Source: an uncultured Gammaproteobacteria bacterium (GTDB taxonomy: Bacteria > Patescibacteriota > Patescibacteriia > 2-01-FULL-39-33). From it: DNA of 64,000 bases. Every line of letters starts with the position of its first letter. The stretch's first letter is position 1. Position numbers and translations under genes: made by a program. Below are positions 11,401 through 18,724 of this stretch, one piece after another. Where the stretch lies: NCBI GenBank assembly GCA_964573235.1, contig CAZNIV010000002.1, forward strand, positions 6,102-70,101, written 5' to 3'. Under the pieces are notes generated by a model. That model was not told where the DNA came from. It saw only the letters and a program-made list of their open reading frames with translations, and made no database searches.

Positions 11401-14400
11401 ATGGGTTTCTAATTTTAAACAAATACCATATTCATGAAGCTTATCGGCCACAGACTGAGAAACAGCTCCGGTAGGAATCTGAGTGGCATCGGTGGTAGAG
11501 GAAATGTACGCTAGATAGGAAACTAAATTGTGATTTGTAATTGGCGCTAAATCAACCGCAGTCTGAATTAACTCGTCAGTAATATTAGACGCATCGCCAC
11601 ATTGGGCATCTTTATCGCTAGCACCATTATACTGCATTTTAGTACAAGGAGATCCAGACTCTACTCCAGTACTATTAGACTGTTTTAATTTAAAAGTAAC
11701 CAACTGATAACCTGTAGTTTCTGCGCCCTCCCAAGTATAATAAGTCTTAGCATCACTTGGCCCAATCGGTGCATTCTTTTGGCAAATACGCAAATTTGTA
11801 TAATATTCTTTAGATTCACCGCCAGCAACTAATTCATCAAGATTAGTAAATTCATCGCAACCAGCGTAGCTAGCAGAACAATATTTAGCTTTATTGTTAG
11901 CAATAAATTGAGTATAACGAGGGGATGAAAAAGCTGTTTGGCTTTGACGATAAACCTGATAACCATCACACTCCGAAGGACAAGAATCTATAGGCTTAAC
12001 TACTCCCGGAACTTCTGGATCACCATTTTTTGGTTCATAAAGCTTACAACCAACTTCACTTGGAATACAAACACCAGCATAATTCGAGCATTCGCTATTG
12101 CGCTTAATTAAGACATCATCCAACTCACCTTGAGTAGCCGGCCAAGAACCATTTGCACTGGCACTATAACAATTATAATACCAAGGCGCTTTTTTAAGAT
12201 AAGCTATGTCATTAGCCACAATAGTGGAAGGATCATAATCCTGATTAGTGATTGCTAATTTATACCCATCAGTGGTGGTGGTGACTAAACCACTCTGATG
12301 ACCATCGCCAACTCTAATAAACTGACTACAACCAGCCTGATTACTAGCACAAGTTTGAGCATCGCGATCAAAAAATTTGGTATTAGAAGTACTAGTAGTT
12401 ACTCCCAAATTTAAATAAATCTCATAACCACGACTAGTCCATTCCGCTATTTTAGAAGAAGTGGCGACCTTACAAGCAGAACCATTGTAGGGTATTCGAC
12501 ATTCTACTGTACCAATATTACAATCACCCTGCTGATCACATATTTTATTTAATGAATACCCTTGACTAGCCCCAAAATTAGAAGCATTCCATCGATCAAC
12601 ATTCACCTGGACCGAGGCCGTACAACCGCCAGAAATATTACACTTATTCAAAATATTATTAGTATCCGTATTCATCCAAGTAGCCACGCCCGACAAAATG
12701 CCTGTAGTAGTTGCTATGTTGTTATAATAATCACTATACCACTTACAACCAACATTATCAGCTGAACAATTTTGATAATCAAGGGTATTTTTCAAATAAG
12801 AAACGGCCACATCGCTACCTATCTGATAAGTTTGACAGGTATTATAAACTGGCTCGCACTTTGGCGCATCAAACTTCCAAACGCGCTTTTCGTTAGTACA
12901 ATAACCATAGGCTTGGCAACTACCATTAATATCTTCTTTAATACACTGTTGCTCATCACCACAATAATTATCACGACTAACGTTACCGCCCTGACTATTA
13001 GACATATCTGGGCCAAAGCCCTCACGACGACAAAATAGCTCTGGCGCCTTTAAGACCCAATACTGATCAATTAAACCAGAAAATTCCGATCCATCCTCAA
13101 ATTTATTTAATAAGTCACCCAAGGTATATGATTTACCAGTACCACCTTGTTCTACAATATATCTAGCCGCAATCTCCCAACCCACTGGAACAATGCGATA
13201 TTTACGAAGAATAATAATATTACGAAGAGTGAAAGCGGTTTGCGGATTAGTAACCTGATTAACATTTGGGGCAAAAATACGATTCTTAATAGAGTCAGGC
13301 AAATCGAAAAGTTGTTTTTTATCTCTAATCGCCTGAGCAAATTCCTGATCAATCACACAACCATCATAAGATGGGCGAGCTGGATCTATACAGCTTGCTA
13401 AGCGATTTAATAAATCATAAGGACCACCAACAGTAAAGGCTCCTTGTTTTAAATTTTGAAATTTAACTTCTGCATCGGCCTGACCACTAACGGCAGGCGC
13501 AGACTGAGAATTATATAATGGATTAGCGCTATAATTATAACTACGACCATAATCGGCATTTTTACTAAAAAAACCAGAAATTAAAGTCTTCACTAATTCT
13601 GATGTCAAAGTGTTTAAAAATGTTTCCACAAAATCAGCTGCCGTTCCACCAAGATACTGTGGTAAGGTCTGAGCCTTATCTATGCTCTGGCCCCACTGCT
13701 CTTTAATAAAACTTCCAGGGGTTAAGATGTTTTTAGCAACATCAGTAATACTCTTCCATCTACCATCCGTTATTGCGGTTAAAAAAACTTTCTTTTCCGC
13801 CGCCACCTGCCTATCGGCTACGCTGGTTTGAACAGTTAAGATAGAACCGATATCATTTTGATTTGGCTGAAAATATTCATAATAGCCCAAAGAAAAATTA
13901 GCATTATTAATGGCCGTGTCCCAATTTTTAATTGCCGTCGATAAAGAACATCTTGGTTTAGGTGGTTCTTTTACACCCAATATTGGCAAAAGATTCAACT
14001 TAATATTAAAATCTGGTTGACAAATATTAAAACCAGCGGCGCTCATAAATTTATCTACCATTTCACCCAAGGCATTATCAACAGCGTCTTGCATAATTTT
14101 ACTAGCATCTCTAGTATCATATTGTGCCTGCTGACCCTTACCACCAGATGCTACCCACTTGGCTGATTCATAAGCAATGGTTTTGGTTAACATGGATAAA
14201 CCAGACTTAAAAGCGCTCGCTATAGCATTTTTCCAAGCTTCATCTCTTGCTTTTTTTTGCAACTCCTTAGCCCAAACATTCAACTGCTCTTCATTAACCT
14301 CACCAGAGGAGTACATACTATTAGCCTTTAAACACTCCGCCTGAACGTCTAAATTGACCGAGTCCTTAACTACATTATACTTAGTAAGATTAATTAATCC

Positions 14401-14661
14401 CCCCGTACCTAATAGAAAAAAATCAGGGGCAAGATTAGATGTAATTACCCCCTTAGCAGCAGCGCCACCGGTGAGACAAGTCGCATAGGCAGCCGCCGCT
14501 TTTGCCTGTTCTGCTGAAGCTTCGGCTAATGTTATGGTGGATTCAATAGTATCCGCCCCACCATCTGCTCTAACTAGAAGGGAAAAAGAAAAGTTTAAAC
14601 CTAACAATAAAATAAAAATTAAACTTGGCCACCCACGCAAAAACCATTTTTTATTAACCAT
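5461..14661 (-). CDS. Giant (3066 aa) secreted Cys-rich surface protein with CBM-like beta-sandwich domains
   Basis: N-terminal signal peptide. Many C-x-x-x-x-(V)GC modules. Three CBM4/9-like domain starts (LVNDNFD, LLYNGDFS, IANSDFE). C(V/D)GGxxDG repeats and a PKD-like INWGD near the C-terminus. Confidence 0.8.
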   Translation of the reverse strand: MVNKKWFLRGWPSLIFILLLGLNFSFSLLVRADGGADTIESTITLAEASAEQAKAAAAYATCLTGGAAAKGVITSNLAPDFFLLGTGGLINLTKYNVVKDSVNLDVQAECLKANSMYSSGEVNEEQLNVWAKELQKKARDEAWKNAIASAFKSGLSMLTKTIAYESAKWVASGGKGQQAQYDTRDASKIMQDAVDNALGEMVDKFMSAAGFNICQPDFNIKLNLLPILGVKEPPKPRCSLSTAIKNWDTAINNANFSLGYYEYFQPNQNDIGSILTVQTSVADRQVAAEKKVFLTAITDGRWKSITDVAKNILTPGSFIKEQWGQSIDKAQTLPQYLGGTAADFVETFLNTLTSELVKTLISGFFSKNADYGRSYNYSANPLYNSQSAPAVSGQADAEVKFQNLKQGAFTVGGPYDLLNRLASCIDPARPSYDGCVIDQEFAQAIRDKKQLFDLPDSIKNRIFAPNVNQVTNPQTAFTLRNIIILRKYRIVPVGWEIAARYIVEQGGTGKSYTLGDLLNKFEDGSEFSGLIDQYWVLKAPELFCRREGFGPDMSNSQGGNVSRDNYCGDEQQCIKEDINGSCQAYGYCTNEKRVWKFDAPKCEPVYNTCQTYQIGSDVAVSYLKNTLDYQNCSADNVGCKWYSDYYNNIATTTGILSGVATWMNTDTNNILNKCNISGGCTASVQVNVDRWNASNFGASQGYSLNKICDQQGDCNIGTVECRIPYNGSACKVATSSKIAEWTSRGYEIYLNLGVTTSTSNTKFFDRDAQTCASNQAGCSQFIRVGDGHQSGLVTTTTDGYKLAITNQDYDPSTIVANDIAYLKKAPWYYNCYSASANGSWPATQGELDDVLIKRNSECSNYAGVCIPSEVGCKLYEPKNGDPEVPGVVKPIDSCPSECDGYQVYRQSQTAFSSPRYTQFIANNKAKYCSASYAGCDEFTNLDELVAGGESKEYYTNLRICQKNAPIGPSDAKTYYTWEGAETTGYQLVTFKLKQSNSTGVESGSPCTKMQYNGASDKDAQCGDASNITDELIQTAVDLAPITNHNLVSYLAYISSTTDATQIPTGAVSQSVADKLHEYGICLKLETHGYNANGVDIAPNADCREFYDSNGDVYYRLLSKVIYVTDDCHPYRRTLTQDPSLTTQCAELNNENVSVTQCDCVSNNGFWSDEKECVYMAVPKMGQSCSASFVGCREYTGNLSNDINFLVNDNFDNSYSNWSGSNSNLSIVSTAVGGFSWFTKATTSKQVYVKRNHTYTLSFWAKGYPGGDNDHASSAGFDLESIKFSSASEQSDYFAKSQLQNISLNVPKVHIGNEWQRYDLGPVFVTFADDGWQDLTINPGATNSIGNDLYIDNITLKEVKGNVYVIENSWFTPNSCDNKLDDPTGTACANGRCNPGEMLGCQAYNNKTDNVDPIYLRSFTSLCRAEAVGCEAMIDTHNSNATSSESFGGTVATADSVSVVKDNLAFIVNDKKFSCLAENKGCSAYGQPVINNRNEVMGYSTVYIKNDPQTYSRSLCRAENLWCGEYATNNTYNYFKDPRQQVCEFKSLTTSSTPAWYRMGEDGLCDTSPYQTIGLGVVSEKLQPDQNMKWAGVCPSSQSSCTEFIDPLTNNYASLLYNGDFSQNLGDINRPDGWEINSIGFNYKKEVTHSFVTGIVSQDVNLIDDRLYSLSMLADGQVAIDVKCSEGSMRSPDGSMVISSDGSSASLNYNLIASSSVSGRLYARDTKNCTLLVGASGSVTDVKLTESGVYYNLSDQMTDSRASCQGMVDYRKGCVLLNDRGAVNYADNPSTRDRSYLIYDADYIENKNVGTSQAIAVNKANDDSSGLKSNVSANAVIKVQPDRQCASWLYCNTFEKGNVNDPNPVLGSSDQCLGLALCSALDGMGNCSLFVNNQNKISVYDKGLDINKTGYSMLGKQIPNASGKSSSTVLGYYPYHLMSQVGEDANIANSDFEYIYNADQPKPIGWKPGVDTAWTIDKFSVATSKTDRKEGIGYLKVNADGTVRSNPISVDGDNAYSFSAWINTSYLYPSPQAKVLISVNGRVIDTVSAGLPWQRISKPLPPEVYQNGGALYVSVQNCFATVGSGQNTKCMTIQQASTTVTTGCLDSNLDGQCDVSGYSLFDLISLKPILEAGKDVNNSNIYISRSCRLYPEGDSQACNYVKNGDMYNGWQGFCMVSDPNNPQICLQWWPVDKIKGDGEPYYFSKSFPLYYCAALEGDMHLVEHREVVLFNYTSKTIKSAWNSAAWYKWLGPPGLIYAGVNTVFFWHPSYTFPKVTALTGNLLDAVLGSPINNFEIEDKNYNPSGTLRQQCRGSGCGECPFGYFYHHDDEIKKAGLFKNGSVKTWDYCKPVLADLVKRDSIYTDANTSGWYEYNGDLQQIKKNDNSYFDEKEKGVQVYLKDVDGGTIMDYNKAVSSNNVGYCKYVEQVVDDAGNSKAWYSRLSAGDNFWLTNPGGVLNVRLLRNDLVPITINSGKYPFGSLVTPQSDYDPYMWDGGKPYTMGMGKGVTFGCDGDNCKRFGLCSISHTNCLAYGVVNSIILSGVQLQLGNSTNTIPRSSIGLGDLGCPTGEECYPFAALSPDTCLDNGTTCKIVATTNSIGESRELLKSIFARSYGEWEYKKIDRENMCVKDEGSDKTATRDSCTWPIVTNKITKWTCVGGFNDGFSSSTAFASTTCLSVNSVSNSCENWKTTTGKGICADFTDFSSLFYGTSSECFGLSQAEANKDCYGAFIDIRDGICMEDPYNPVKNYVCVGGPNDGIGCTTTPSSVLNSLVSCDSNVKCDNGVCDGGKFDGRECLGSTDIEKNNFCLLEYAEVKTVDKNCRYKTDPSGTIFDSGLPCSDSNDCDSSIIISGHCSRTISTACDYKGNSCSNVAGSWYHYGESTDSLNKFVWDLPTLNCVGNVRANDSSYCYIDPVVTSTNITLDGSNKNWAYEKQAVKLGFTVSVDSNQLPIQNYNINWGDSNSSSVSNVSMKDNRANPDAPYLMYHAYDYWKIKAENSKEASTANNIICSGDGQDALAESICGNKTIKPISSNESWCCVKINISVTDNWERTAEQTKGVYVIKQ

Positions 14662-14669
14662 ATATATAA

Positions 14670-15590
14670 TTACTGTTGATAATTCGCTTTATTTTTTTCT
14701 AACTGCTGAGTAAAGATTGTTTTTATATCAGCGTCAGAAATTTGCGATAACATATTGGCGTCGGCGCCTTGACTCAACATTAACTGGCGAATTTGCGGGC
14801 CAGTTAATTTAGCTAAATCATCAATGGATTTAATAGCGCTTAAATCAACAGAACTACCATTAAAGCTGGTTGAACTTGAAACATTAACCGAACTAGTACT
14901 TGAGCTATTTTGCATCTGCTTATTTGCTTCGATCATATTTTGATAAGTGGTCATTAGGTCAGTATCAGAAATTTGCGCCAAAACCTCAACCGAAGCGCCA
15001 CCCTGTTGCAATAATTGCCTTAACATACTAGGAGTAGCTTGACCAGAAGTAATTTGTTCTGGACTAAAGCCTAAGCTATTTGTTGGAGCATCTTGCAATG
15101 TTGGCACCGAAACCGATTGGGCAACATCAGCCCCAGAAACTACCACGCCTTTGCAATTTTCACCCAAACAATTTGGATCAACACCCAAGGCAATAGATTT
15201 TTTATCATCAATACCATCACCATTACTATCTTTTAAGTAAGGGCTAGTTTTATAAACATTAATTTCATCATAATCATTTAAGCCATCCATGTCAGTATCT
15301 TTACCCTGTTGCTCAACATTAACCGCTAGTTGATTTTTCAACTGTTCACTAGTGATTTCTTTTTGCACCATAGGGGTAACTCGGGACCAAGTTGGCTTGC
15401 TAATATTGTAATATGAAGAAAAAAAGCCATAAAAAATTGCTACCACACCCACTAGCATCAAAGTAATTGTAGCTAATTTTTCACCCTTTGGTTTGTGCGC
15501 CAAAAAACCCCTTTTGACCCTTTGGTCAACCGAGTTTTGTTCATTAGAATCTTCGACAAACTTAGAATCTAAATTGTTCTCACCTTCCAT
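14670..15590 (-). CDS. Membrane-anchored protein with thrombospondin type 3-like Ca-binding repeats
   Basis: One TM helix. Motifs DTDMDGLNDYDE and DSNGDGIDD. Duplicated C-terminal motif (LRQLLQQGGASVEVLAQISDTDL / IRQLMLSQGADANMLSQISDADI). Confidence 0.7.
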   Translation of the reverse strand: MEGENNLDSKFVEDSNEQNSVDQRVKRGFLAHKPKGEKLATITLMLVGVVAIFYGFFSSYYNISKPTWSRVTPMVQKEITSEQLKNQLAVNVEQQGKDTDMDGLNDYDEINVYKTSPYLKDSNGDGIDDKKSIALGVDPNCLGENCKGVVVSGADVAQSVSVPTLQDAPTNSLGFSPEQITSGQATPSMLRQLLQQGGASVEVLAQISDTDLMTTYQNMIEANKQMQNSSSTSSVNVSSSTSFNGSSVDLSAIKSIDDLAKLTGPQIRQLMLSQGADANMLSQISDADIKTIFTQQLEKNKANYQQ

Positions 15591-15709
15591 AGGCTTTGAT
15601 AGACAATTTTGCTAATCAATTTATTACCTTAATTATATCACAAATAAAAAAAGATGGCTAGTATATTAAACCATAAATCGCCATCTCTTTTCTACTACTA
15701 AATTTTAAA

Positions 15710-16534
15710 TTAACTCTTAATTTTTTGCGCTAATTGAATCCAATTATCTAAAGACAAATCTTGAGCTCTAATTTTTTCATTTAAGCCTAGCCCCAATAGA
15801 AGAACCTTCACTTCTTCGTTGCTTATTTTTAATCCGCCCGACAAATTATTCTGCAACTGCTTACGCTTGGCCGCAAAACCAATATTCACTAGACGAAAAA
15901 AAGTTTTTAAATCTACTTTTGGCAAATCAGTTTTAATCTTAAAACTAACCACTGCCGAATCAACCTCAGGAGCTGGCCAAAACTTTTCTCGACCAACTTT
16001 AAATAAAATTTTTGGCTCACTATAAAATTGTGCCATTACCCCCAAACGACTCAGCTCTCCCGGTTTGGCCACAATACGCTCGGCTACTTCTTTTTGCACC
16101 ATTAAAATCATTTCACTTGGCTTAATAGCTACCACCTCTAAAAACATGCGTAAAAAAAACGAGGTAATATTATATGGCAAATTAGCCACTACCTTATATT
16201 TGCCGGTTTCTAGCTTTAAATCAGTTAATTTAACCCGCAAAATATCGCCATCGATAATTTCTAAGTTTTTAGCGCTAATAAACTCAACGCGCAAATATTC
16301 CAAAACTTTGCGATCTAATTCTACAGCAATTACTCGACCAGAAGCGTCAATTAATTTATTAGTTAAAACCCCCAAGCCCGGCCCAACCTCTAAAACGGTG
16401 CTATTTTTATCTAATTTTGACTCTTTTATAATATTATCAATTACTCCGTCATCCACTAAAAAATTCTGTCCGCGGTTTTTACTCGGATAAATACCATACT
16501 TTTGGCAAACTAATTTGATTTCTGTCGCTTTCAT
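15710..16534 (-). CDS. rsmA: 16S rRNA adenine dimethyltransferase RsmA/KsgA
   Basis: Motifs GQNFL, VLEVGPGLG, VANLPYNI, MVQKEVAER, PAPEVDSAV. Confidence 0.97.
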   Translation of the reverse strand: MKATEIKLVCQKYGIYPSKNRGQNFLVDDGVIDNIIKESKLDKNSTVLEVGPGLGVLTNKLIDASGRVIAVELDRKVLEYLRVEFISAKNLEIIDGDILRVKLTDLKLETGKYKVVANLPYNITSFFLRMFLEVVAIKPSEMILMVQKEVAERIVAKPGELSRLGVMAQFYSEPKILFKVGREKFWPAPEVDSAVVSFKIKTDLPKVDLKTFFRLVNIGFAAKRKQLQNNLSGGLKISNEEVKVLLLGLGLNEKIRAQDLSLDNWIQLAQKIKS

Positions 16535-16537
16535 AAT

Positions 16538-17722
16538 TTAGAGTAATAAATATAAGGTAGTAAATAAGCCCGCTAAAATAAACACCGCATTCCAACCCGG
16601 TTCAATAAATTGAAATATCACTAACGATAAAATCAAGGCTAAAATCTTACCAAAAACCAAAGCCATTTCAAAAAACACCACCGCCCGCATCACATGATGG
16701 CCATCGTTCGCTTTTTGATAAGTAAAGGCTACAAATGGTATGGCGATTACCTGCTTAGCTACGCGAGACAGGGTATCGACGGCAAAAACAGGATAAATAG
16801 TGCGCGACAATAATCTAAAAAACCAAGCTAAGACATAAAAAAATACACCGTATCGCATCACGCTTTGTTTATCGCGACCATCAATAATCTTGCCCACATA
16901 TAAAGAAACGATCGTGGTAATTAATACCGCAACAGCCGCCAAGGTACCTAACTTTAAAAAATCAGCCACTACGATATAAATAAAAATTGGCCACACCACT
17001 AAAACAATCAACTCTTCACCAAAACCCAAGTGAGCAAAAAAACGACGACGATGTTTTTTATCAAACAAAGTAGAAAACGCCTCCCGATACGAAAACTCTG
17101 ACGGGGTGAATTGCTCTTTAGTGAGCAACATCGGCACATTAGATAATAAAATAATAATTGAAGCGATCAAAAATAATACATTAAAACCAAAATAGTTTAA
17201 GACTAAACCGCCAAATAACGGCCCGAGCACAAACACAATCGCATCTAACACGCTTAAGTTACTAATCTGCTTGCCCTGAGCGCCATCGGTGGCAAAATAA
17301 GCAAAATCCGCATGATAAGCAGGCCAAAAAAAAGATTTAGAGGCAATATAACACAAAACCGAAATACCCAAAAACCAGAAATTTTGTTGAGAGGCAAACA
17401 AAGTTAAATACAACAAAACCGTAAACACTGAACCCAAAGCAATAGAATGCTCAAAACCAAAGCGCTTGGCAAATTTTGCTCCCAACGGCACTACAAAAAA
17501 ATAAATGAGGTACACAGACAAATAATAGAGCAATACACCCTGCACCGCCTGTGCCACTGACCAAGATTTAGCAAATAACAAATAGATAAAAACCGGCTCA
17601 AACAGATTAACCGCCGATAAAGCAAAGTTTAAAATAAAAATTGAAGCATAAAGTTCTTTAATCTCGCGTTTGAGATTCAAGCAAAAAAAACTAGAACCTA
17701 ATTGTTTAATTTTATCTAGCAT
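16538..17722 (-). CDS. MFS transporter
   Basis: About 12 hydrophobic helices in 394 aa; GAKFAKRFG loop motif. Confidence 0.8.
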   Translation of the reverse strand: MLDKIKQLGSSFFCLNLKREIKELYASIFILNFALSAVNLFEPVFIYLLFAKSWSVAQAVQGVLLYYLSVYLIYFFVVPLGAKFAKRFGFEHSIALGSVFTVLLYLTLFASQQNFWFLGISVLCYIASKSFFWPAYHADFAYFATDGAQGKQISNLSVLDAIVFVLGPLFGGLVLNYFGFNVLFLIASIIILLSNVPMLLTKEQFTPSEFSYREAFSTLFDKKHRRRFFAHLGFGEELIVLVVWPIFIYIVVADFLKLGTLAAVAVLITTIVSLYVGKIIDGRDKQSVMRYGVFFYVLAWFFRLLSRTIYPVFAVDTLSRVAKQVIAIPFVAFTYQKANDGHHVMRAVVFFEMALVFGKILALILSLVIFQFIEPGWNAVFILAGLFTTLYLLL

Positions 17723-18724
17723 TTATTTTTTTATCTTTTTAACTAACTGATATAAATTATACCAAAAAATTCCATAACCTGTCTCATACGCACCAACATA
17801 ATCAGTAAATTTGGCATTTTCCGCAAAGCCCTGTTTAAATCTAGTTACGCCCGGCCACTTAACTTCATCCACGCCCCAAAAATCATAATATTTTTTACCT
17901 TGGGCTTTAGCTTTTAAAATTGTTTGCCATTGCAACAAATAAGGCGCCATTTTTTGGCGATATTCATAATCAGAAGCCCCGTGTAAATACACACACCAAT
18001 CATTTAAATTAATCACCAAATTGGCCGTCACTACTTTATTATCAATTTTGGCCACTACTACTTCTAAAATATTTTTAACGGATAAAACAGCTACCATTTT
18101 TTGATAATATTCTCCGCCATGGGCCATAAATTCATCACGCTCAGCTGTTAATTTAATCAAGCGTAAAAAATCAGCCAAATATTCAGCGCCGGAATGAATA
18201 GTTACGCCACTCTTTTGCGCCACTTTAATATTGTAGCGGGTCTTAGCTTTCATTTGAGATAGAAGCGCCTCTTCGTTTAGCGTCAAATCCAAAATCAAAG
18301 TTTGTTTCGGTTGAATCATATTGATTTTTTTATAACCAAAATCAGTCAACTCTATGGCGTCTATAAACCAAGCCGGATCCAACCGCGTTAAGATAGCTTT
18401 TTCTTTTACTGCCAAAGATTTTAATTCCGCCAAAAAAAATTTTAGCACTTCCTTTTGTTTTTCTATTTCCAACCCCGCCAATAAGATTGGTCCGCGAGGA
18501 ATGTAAAAATAAGTTTTGCCAAAAACCAATGGATTAACTATTGCCTGAGCGACTAATACTATTTTATCTCCGTCCATCACGCCAATTCTAAAAACTTTTC
18601 GCCCTAAAGCGATTTGTAAATCTCCCCATGACGCATTTTGTAACAAACCAAAATCTCCAGCCTGAGTTTTTACAAACTCCTGCCACTGATTAAGCTCAGC
18701 ATCATTAAAATATTTAATCGTCAT
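17723..18724 (-). CDS. FemABX-family peptidoglycan peptidyltransferase
   Basis: Motifs YIPRGP, KTRYNIKVAQK, YLHGAS, APYLLQW, YDFWG, GVTRFKQGF. Confidence 0.9.
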   Translation of the reverse strand: MTIKYFNDAELNQWQEFVKTQAGDFGLLQNASWGDLQIALGRKVFRIGVMDGDKIVLVAQAIVNPLVFGKTYFYIPRGPILLAGLEIEKQKEVLKFFLAELKSLAVKEKAILTRLDPAWFIDAIELTDFGYKKINMIQPKQTLILDLTLNEEALLSQMKAKTRYNIKVAQKSGVTIHSGAEYLADFLRLIKLTAERDEFMAHGGEYYQKMVAVLSVKNILEVVVAKIDNKVVTANLVINLNDWCVYLHGASDYEYRQKMAPYLLQWQTILKAKAQGKKYYDFWGVDEVKWPGVTRFKQGFAENAKFTDYVGAYETGYGIFWYNLYQLVKKIKK

